Positions 56,529-64,000 of a stretch of DNA of 64,000 nt are shown here, piece after piece (positions within the stretch are counted from its first letter, which is position 1; every line of letters begins with the position of its first letter). The position numbers and the translations under genes are program-made. The notes under the pieces are model-generated. The model had not been told where the DNA came from, searched no databases, and saw nothing but the letters and a program-made list of their open reading frames with translations. The stretch is from Eledone cirrhosa (Eukaryota), in NCBI GenBank assembly GCA_964016885.1, contig OZ024745.1:9982001-10046000 (forward strand), read 5' to 3'.

Positions 56529-56905
56529 AAGGTGGTAGTGCTGGTGCCATGATGAAAAGCACCCAATCTACCCTGTAAGGTGGTAGTGCTGGTGCCATGG
56601 TGAAAAGCACCCAATTTACCATGTAAGGTGGTAGTGCTGGTGCCATGGTGAAAAGCACCCAATCTACCCTGTAATGTGGTAGTGCTGGTGCCATGGTGAA
56701 AAGCACCCAATCTACCCTGTAAAGTGGTAGTGCTGGTGCCATGGTGAAAAGCACCCAGTTGTAAAGTGGTAGTATTGGTGCCATGGTGAAAAGCACCCAA
56801 TCTACTCTGTAAGGTGGTAGTATTTGTACCATGGTGAAAAGCACCCATCCCATTCTGTAAAGTGGTAGTGATGGGGCCATGGTGAACAGCACCCAGTTCA
56901 CCCTG
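56529..56905 (+). repeat. 48-bp tandem repeat (about 8 copies) derived from the SINE body
   Basis: Unit ctgtaaggtggtagtgctggtgccatggtgaaaagcacccaatctacc resembles SINE ctgtaaagtggtcgtgtaggtgccacggcaaaaaagcacccagcactca. Confidence 0.85.
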
Positions 56906-57188
56906 AAACCACGACAAAAGGGTTATGAGGATTCACCAATTGTGTCAAGCGCAGTAAAACCTCTCTAGTGTTGGTGATTGGAATTGCACCCTGTCGTAGA
57001 ACATCTGCCAAAGAACTCTTCCGCTGTGCCACACATGACAACCTCCCTAGTATTTGGTAAAGTACACTCTATTAAGTTGTTGGTGATAGGAAGTTTCTAT
57101 GGCTGGATGCTCTTCCTAATGCCAACCACTTTACAGAGTGTACTGGGTGCATCATATCATGACACCAATGATACAAAATAAATGTTAC

Positions 57189-57329
57189 CTGTAAAAGTTC
57201 CATGACCCTTTCTAAGTCAACCTTTTCTCCAAATATCAGTTCAAACTTATCCATAGCCTCTTGCCAGTTATCTTTGATTCTCCGGTTCTCCTCACGAAGA
57301 TGGTCCAACTCCACGGCTTGTTTGGAGCA
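57189..57329 (-). CDS. CIT: Citron kinase-like internal exon (coiled coil; CSKQAVELDHLREENRRIKDNWQEAMDKFELIFGEKVDLERVMELLQ)
   Basis: 141 bp, tag| acceptor and |gtaaca donor, phase 0-0, heptad-like sequence, joins in frame to the next exon. Confidence 0.8.
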
Positions 57330-57637
57330 CTAGTAACAGAAAGTAGGAGGGAAATCAACCTCTGTTAGAGAGGGGGAGAGGGATAAAGGTTAACCCTTTC
57401 ATTACCATAGTTCTAATGCAAGACACTTTTAAAATTATTTTGAAAATAAATAATTTAGAGCAATTTCACAAAATTTCATAAAATAAATAACATTTTTATT
57501 ATTAAGCTGGTGTTTGGAACATAACTTAACAAAGGTTCTTACATAGAATTATAATGGAAGATTTTTTCAGGTGAAAGTTTTAAAAATAGGCAGTTTTCTA
57601 TTGTAGAAGCGAGGGTGGTTGGTACCAAAATAGGTCA

Positions 57638-60600
57638 AGATAACACTAGTGGTGACTAGATAACACTAGTGGTGAGTAGATAACACTAGTGATGACTAGA
57701 TAACACTAGTGGTGATTAGATAACACTAGTGGTGAGTAGATAACACTAGTGGTGACTAGATAACACTAGTGGTGACTAGATAACACTAGTGGTGACTAGA
57801 TAACACTAGTGGTGACTAGATAACACTAGTGGTGACTAGATAACACTAGTGGTGACTAGATAACACTAGTGGTGACTAGATAACACTAGTGGTGACTAAA
57901 TAACACTAGTGGTGACTAGATAACACTAGAGATGACTTGAGAACACTAGTGGTGAGTAGATAACACTAGTGGTGACTAGATAACACTAGTGGTGAGTAGA
58001 TAACACTAGTGGTGACTAGATAACACTAGTGGTGACTAGATAACACTAGTGGTGACTAGATAACACTAGTGGTGACTAGATAACACTAGTGGTGACTAGA
58101 TAACACTAGTGGTGATTAGATAACACTAGTGGTGACTAGATAACACTAGTGGTGACTAGATAACACTAGTGGTGAGTAGATAACACTAGTGGTGACTAGA
58201 TAACACTAGTGATGAGTAGATAACACTAGTGATGAGTAGATAACACTAGTGGTGACTAGATAACACTAGTGGTGACTAGATAACGCTAGTGGTGAGTAGA
58301 TAACACTAGTGGTGAGTAGATAACACTAGTGGTGACTAGATAACACTAGTGGTGACTAGATAACACTAGTGGTGACTAGATAACACTAGTGGTGACTTGA
58401 GAACACTAGTGGTGACTTGATAACACTAGTGGTGACTAGATAACACTAGTGGTGACTTGATAACACTAGTGGTGACTAGATAACGCTAGTGGTGATTAGA
58501 TAACACTAGTGGTGACTAGATAACACTAGTGGTGACTAGATAACACTAGTGGTGACTAGATAACACTAGTGGTGACTTGATAACACTAGTGGTGACTTGA
58601 TAACACTAGTGGTGACTAGATAACGCTAGTGGTGAGTAGATAACACTAGTGGTGACTAGATAACACTAGTGATGAGTAGATAACACTAGTGGTGATTAGA
58701 TAACACTAGTGGTGACTAGATAACACTAGTGGTGACTAGATAACACTAGTGGTGAGTAGATAACACTAGTGGTGACTAGATAACACTAGTGATGAGTAGA
58801 TAACACTAGTGGTGACTTGATAACACTAGTGGTGACTAGATAACGCTAGTGGTGACTAGATAACACTAGTGGTGACTAGATAACACTAGTGGTGACTAGA
58901 TAACACTAGTGGTGACTTGATAACACTAGTGGTGACTTGATAACACTAGTGGTGACTAGATAACACTAGTGGTGACTTGATAACACTAGTGGTGACTTGA
59001 TAACACTAGTGGTGACTAGATAACGCTAGTGGTGACTAGATAACACTAGTGGTGACTTGATAACACTAGTGGTGAGTAGATAACACTAGTGGTGAGTAGA
59101 TAACACTAGTGGTGACTAGATAACACTAGTGGTGACTTGATAACACTAGTGGTGACTTGATAACACTAGTGGTGACTAGATAACACTAGTGGTGACTTGA
59201 TAACACTAGTGGTGACTTGATAACACTAGTGGTGACTAGATAACACTAGTGGTGACTAGATAACACTAGTGGTGAGTAGATAACACTAGTGGTGACTAGA
59301 TAACACTAGTGGTGACTTGATAACACTAGTGGTGACTAGATAACACTAGTGGTGACTAGATAACACTAGTGGTGACTTGATAACACTAGTGGTGACTTGA
59401 TAACACTAGTGGTGACTAGATAACACTAGTGGTGAGTAGATAACACTAGTGGTGACTAGATAACACTAGTGGTGACTTGATAACACTAGTGGTGACTAGA
59501 TAACACTAGTGGTGACTTGATAACACTAGTGGTGACTTGATAACACTAGTGGTGACTTGATAACACTAGTGGTGACTAGATAACACTAGTGGTGACTAGA
59601 TAACACTAGTGGTGACTAGATAACACTAGTGGTGAGTAGATAACACTAGTGGTGACTAGATAACACTAGTGGTGACTAGATAACACTAGTGGTGACTTGA
59701 TAACACTAGTGGTGACTAGATAACACTAGTGGTGACTAGATAACACTAGTGGTGACTAGATAACACTAGTGGTGACTTGATAACACTAGTGGTGAGTAGA
59801 TAACACTAGTGGTGACTAGATAACACTAGTGGTGAGTAGATAACACTAGTGGTGAGTAGATAACACTAGTGGTGACTAGATAACACTAGTGGTGAGTAGA
59901 TAACACTAGTGGTGACTAGATAACACTAGTGGTGACTAGATAACACTAGTGGTGAGTAGATAACACTAGTGGTGACTAGATAACACTAGTGGTGACTTGA
60001 TAACACTAGTGGTGACTAGATAACACTAGTGGTGACTTGATAACACTAGTGGTGACTTGATAACACTAGTGGTGACTAGATAACACTAGTGGTGACTTGA
60101 TAACACTAGTGGTGACTAGATAACACTAGTGGTGACTTGATAACACTAGTGGTGAGTAGATAACACTAGTGGTGACTAGATAACACTAGTGGTGACTAGA
60201 TAACACTAGTGGTGACTAGATAACACTAGTGGTGACTAGATAACACTAGTGGTGACTAGATAACACTAGTGGTGACTTGATAACACTAGTGGTGACTAGA
60301 TAACACTAGTGGTGAGTAGATAACACTAGTGGTGACTAGATAACACTAGTGGTGACTTGATAACACTAGTGGTGACTAGATAACACTAGTGGTGACTAGA
60401 TAACACTAGTGGTGACTTGATAACACTAGTGGTGACTAGATAACACTAGTGGTGACTTGATAACACTAGTGGTGAGTAGATAACACTAGTGGTGACTAGA
60501 TAACACTAGTGGTGAGTAGATAACACTAGTGGTGACTAGATAACACTAGTGGTGACTAGATAACACTAGTGGTGACTAGATAACACTAGTGGTGACTAGA

Positions 60601-62026
60601 TAACACTAGTGGTGACTTGATAACACTAGTGGTGACTAGATAACACAAGTGGTGACTTGATAACACTAGTGGTGAGTAGATAACACTAGTGGTGACTAGA
60701 TAACACTAGTGGTGAGTAGATAACACTAGTGGTGACTAGATAACACTAGTGGTGACTTGATAACACTAGTGGTGACTTGACTAGATAACACTAGTGGTGA
60801 CTAGATAACACTAGTGGTGACTTGACTAGATAACATTAGTGGTGACTTGATAACACTAGTGGTGACTAGATAACACTACTGGTGACTAGATAACACTAGT
60901 GGTGACTTGATAACACTAGTGGTGACTAGATAACACTACTGGTGACTAGATAACACTAGTGGTGACTAGATAACACTAGTGGTGACTAGATAACACTAGT
61001 GGTGACTAGATAACACTAGTGGTGACTAGATAACACTAGTGGTGACTAGATAACACTAGTGGTGACTTGATAACACTAGTGGTGACTAGATAACACTAGT
61101 GGTGACTTGATAACACTAGTGGTGACTTGATAACACTAGTGGTGAGTAGATAACACTAGTGGTGACTAGATAACACTAGTGGTGACTAGATAACACTAGT
61201 GGTGATTAGATAACACTAGTGGTGACTAGATAACACTAGTGGTGACTAGATAACACTAGTGGTGACTTGATAACACTAGTGGTGAGTAGATAACACTAGT
61301 GGTGAGTAGATAACACTAGTGGTGACTAGATAACACTAGTGGTGAGTAGATAACACTAGTGGTGAGTAGATAACACTAGTGGTGACTAGATAACACTAGT
61401 GGTGAGTAGATAACACTAGTGGTGAGTAGATAACACTAGTGGTGACTTGATAACACTAGTGATGACTAGATAACACTAGTGGTGACTAGATAACACTAGT
61501 GGTGACTAGATAACACTAGTGGTGACTTGATAACACTAGTGGTGACTAGATAACACTAGTGGTGAGTAGATAACACTAGTGGTGACTTGATAACACTAGT
61601 GGTGACTAGATAACACTAGTGGTGACTAGATAACACTAGTGGTGAGTAGATAACACTAGTGGTGACTTGATAACACTAGTGGTGACTTGATAACACTAGT
61701 GGTGACTAGATAACACTAGTGGTGACTAGATAACACTAGTGGTGACTTGATAACACTAGTGGTGAGTAGATAACACTAGTGGTGATTAGATAACACTAGT
61801 GGTGACTTGATAACACTAGTGGTGAGTAGATAACACTAGTGATGAGTAGATAACACTAGTGGTGACTAAATAACACTAGTGGTGAGTAGATAACACTAGT
61901 GGTGACTAAATAACACTAGTGGTGACTAGATAACACTAGTGGTGACTAAATAACACTAGTGGTGACTAGATAACACTAGTGGTGACTCGATAACACTAGT
62001 GGTGACTAGATAACACTAGTGGTGAC
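57638..62026. repeat. 20-bp minisatellite (about 219 copies)
   Basis: Unit taacactagtggtga(c/g)t(a/t)ga; ends abruptly at the LTR. Confidence 0.99.
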
Positions 62027-62393
62027 TGTAGCGGTTGTCTCCCTTGTTTTGATTAGGATCTAGACGGGAAGTGGAACCCTTTCTGCAATTTCCGGTCAGA
62101 GCCCTATAAAACTAACAACTTTAAGCTTCCTCTCTCTCTTTGCCTTTTCGGCACCAGGTCGAAGAGCCTCTCATTTGGCTCTGCCATTAATTTGGCCAAC
62201 AGGCGCCTGGCCTTAGCCAGGCGCCCTCTGCCAGCCGCGTTTGCCTGGCAATCAAAACGGTAACTACTAACTTTGTTTCATTCTAACATCTATCTTTGAC
62301 ATGTCAAGTATTCTATCTACCGTTAATTAAATATTATATACACAAACCATGTCTCGTTTTGTTACATTCATACAATCCAGTAATCACGCTATA
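62027..62393 (+). repeat. 5' LTR (367 bp)
   Basis: Imperfect inverted ends tgtagcg...cgctata, TATA-like tataaaa near 62105, attaaa near 62325; 1 mismatch against the 3' copy over 231 bp. Confidence 0.88.
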
Positions 62394-62394
62394 T

Positions 62395-62426
62395 TGGTGA
62401 CCCCGACGTGATACGAACACGCAGCC
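62395..62426 (+). promoter_or_regulatory. tRNA-Trp primer-binding site, 18-nt core plus extension
   Basis: tggtgaccccgacgtgat is the complement of the tRNA-Trp(CCA) 3' end (same PBS as avian sarcoma-leukosis viruses). Confidence 0.9.
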
Positions 62427-63769
62427 GTTCATCGCTATAAGTGGTCACCCCCAAAAAAAGAAAAAAATAGCACATCTGGTTTTGTGAGTAACATTACGAA
62501 TACACAGCAAATTTAGCGACAAACTATGAAAATACTCAAGGACACGCACACACGCACATGTGGAATTCGCACAGACATACTTTTTCTCTCACGCATCAAT
62601 TAACTGTCGCATTTCACCAATATATATATATGTTTCTCGTTTCTTACAACGAACACTTTCAAAACAAAAAAAACATTTCACAATATATATATATGTTTCT
62701 CGTTTCTTACAACGAACTCTTTCAAAACACAAAAAAAAAAAAAGAAATTTGATATTCTTTAAAAAACATTTCAACAGGAACATTTATTTTCGATGAACCA
62801 TTGCCTTTTGTTCATCGTTTTCTTCATCGTTCAAGTTTTTTGTTTTTTTCCAAAGTTCACACCAATAATTATGCTGATTGAAGCCTTTCTTTTTCATCAT
62901 TGTCACTTTCAAAATTGCACTATCATTTTCTCGCGCGTTAGAAATATTTTTTTTCAACCTTGTATTGGCACGTGTAGGCAGCATAAATTCTCGATTCACT
63001 GAGATGTCTCTACTCACAGACAGCCGCACGCCAGAGATAGCATTTCTCCCCCAAGGATTCTTCAGCCTTAAGCTATATTCTTCTATTTGCCGGTTTATAA
63101 ATTTACAATGTAAATTTACCGTTGATAACCGCGCATTTATTAAGAATGCTTATTTCTCTGGTCGCTGGCCTCTTGACCCTTCCAGGTCAACGCATTCTCA
63201 ACATCGACCATCAACTTCGGCTGCTATTTCTAGCACTTTGCGCAACTCATTTTTTTCTAAAAAAAAAATTTTTTTACTGCGAATTTAAACACCGAATACG
63301 CTCACTCAGCGAGACAACAGCAGCAGCAACAGCAATATAACAGCAACAGCAATACATCAACACAGCTTCACCAAAGCCAGAGAATTTATTTTTGCAGCAC
63401 TCTTCCTGTGAGAAAATCCATTCGGAGGTTGGAAATTTCACGACATACCACAGAACAGAAACCACCTGCATTCATTCTCTGGAACACACTTTCTTTCCTG
63501 CTGTCATGTGATTGCACACCTGTGAACTATATTTTGAACTTTGAGCTCTTCTATTACTTTTACTTTATTACATTGTATCTTTGGGTGATGGATGGATGGA
63601 TGGATGTCCAGTCGTTCTCTGGCCAAGAGTGGTTGGCTACCTTGATATCTATCATTGATTTTTCCAAACATTCTTTTGTCGTAATTTTCATGCCTGTTAC
63701 AACATTCTCGCCAACTTGCTACATATTTTCATTTCGATTTTTATACACTAAAATTCTGGCGGGAGGTTA

Positions 63770-64000
63770 TGTAGCGGTTGTCTCCCTTGTTTTGATTAGG
63801 ATCTAGACGGGAAGTGGAACCCTTTCTGCAACTTCCGGTCAGAGCCCTATAAAACTAACAACTTTAAGCTTCCTCTCTCTCTTTGCCTTTTCGGCACCAG
63901 GTCGAAGAGCCTCTCATTTGGCTCTGCCATTAATTTGGCCAACAGGCGCCTGGCCTTAGCCAGGCGCCCTCTGCCAGCCGCGTTTGCCTGGCAATCAAAA
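63770..64000 (+). repeat. 3' LTR, partial
   Basis: Direct repeat of 62027-62257. Confidence 0.92.

Larger units (their letters stand above)
62027..64000 (+). mobile_element. Young non-autonomous LTR retroelement (3' LTR truncated by window end)
   Basis: 5' LTR 62027-62393, PBS from 62395, 1376-bp internal region with no recognisable gag/pol, short purine tract ggcgggagg at 63758, 3' LTR from 63770. Confidence 0.9.

Noticed and set aside
56507-56917. 136-aa His/Thr repeat ORF
   Set aside because: Translation of a SINE-derived 48-bp repeat; the flanking exons join in phase without it
695-57329. MRCK/ROCK identity for the gene
   Set aside because: QQxKLID...KKKK, RMxHNIxHRF, TCWPG and EPCSC motifs fit citron better; ROCK has no CNH domain
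62558-63806. Short ORFs in the LTR interior
   Set aside because: Low-complexity translations with no gag, protease, RT or integrase motifs

Overview
Repeat-rich animal intragenic DNA; the SINE/RTE/CR1 content suggests a mollusc, probably an octopus (inference). The minus strand carries 13 phase-consistent internal coding exons (57329 down to 695) of a citron Rho-interacting kinase-like gene: end of the coiled coil, C1 zinc finger, PH domain and CNH domain. One intron probably uses a GC donor. About 47 kb of the window is intronic tandem repeat made of eight different units, including a 30.3 kb array of a 26-bp G-rich unit with multi-kb internal duplications. Three arrays come directly from pieces of retroelements (CR1/L2-type LINE ORF2, RTE endonuclease, SINE body). 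Other mobile elements are a full-length but dead DD37D (maT) Tc1/mariner, two young tRNA-derived SINE copies, a probable non-autonomous Helitron, and a young non-coding LTR element. That LTR element's tRNA-Trp primer-binding site appears to extend to 32 nt, with a single mismatch opposite tRNA position 58. No prokaryotic-type system or CRISPR array is present. The novelty claims are candidates that need database checks.
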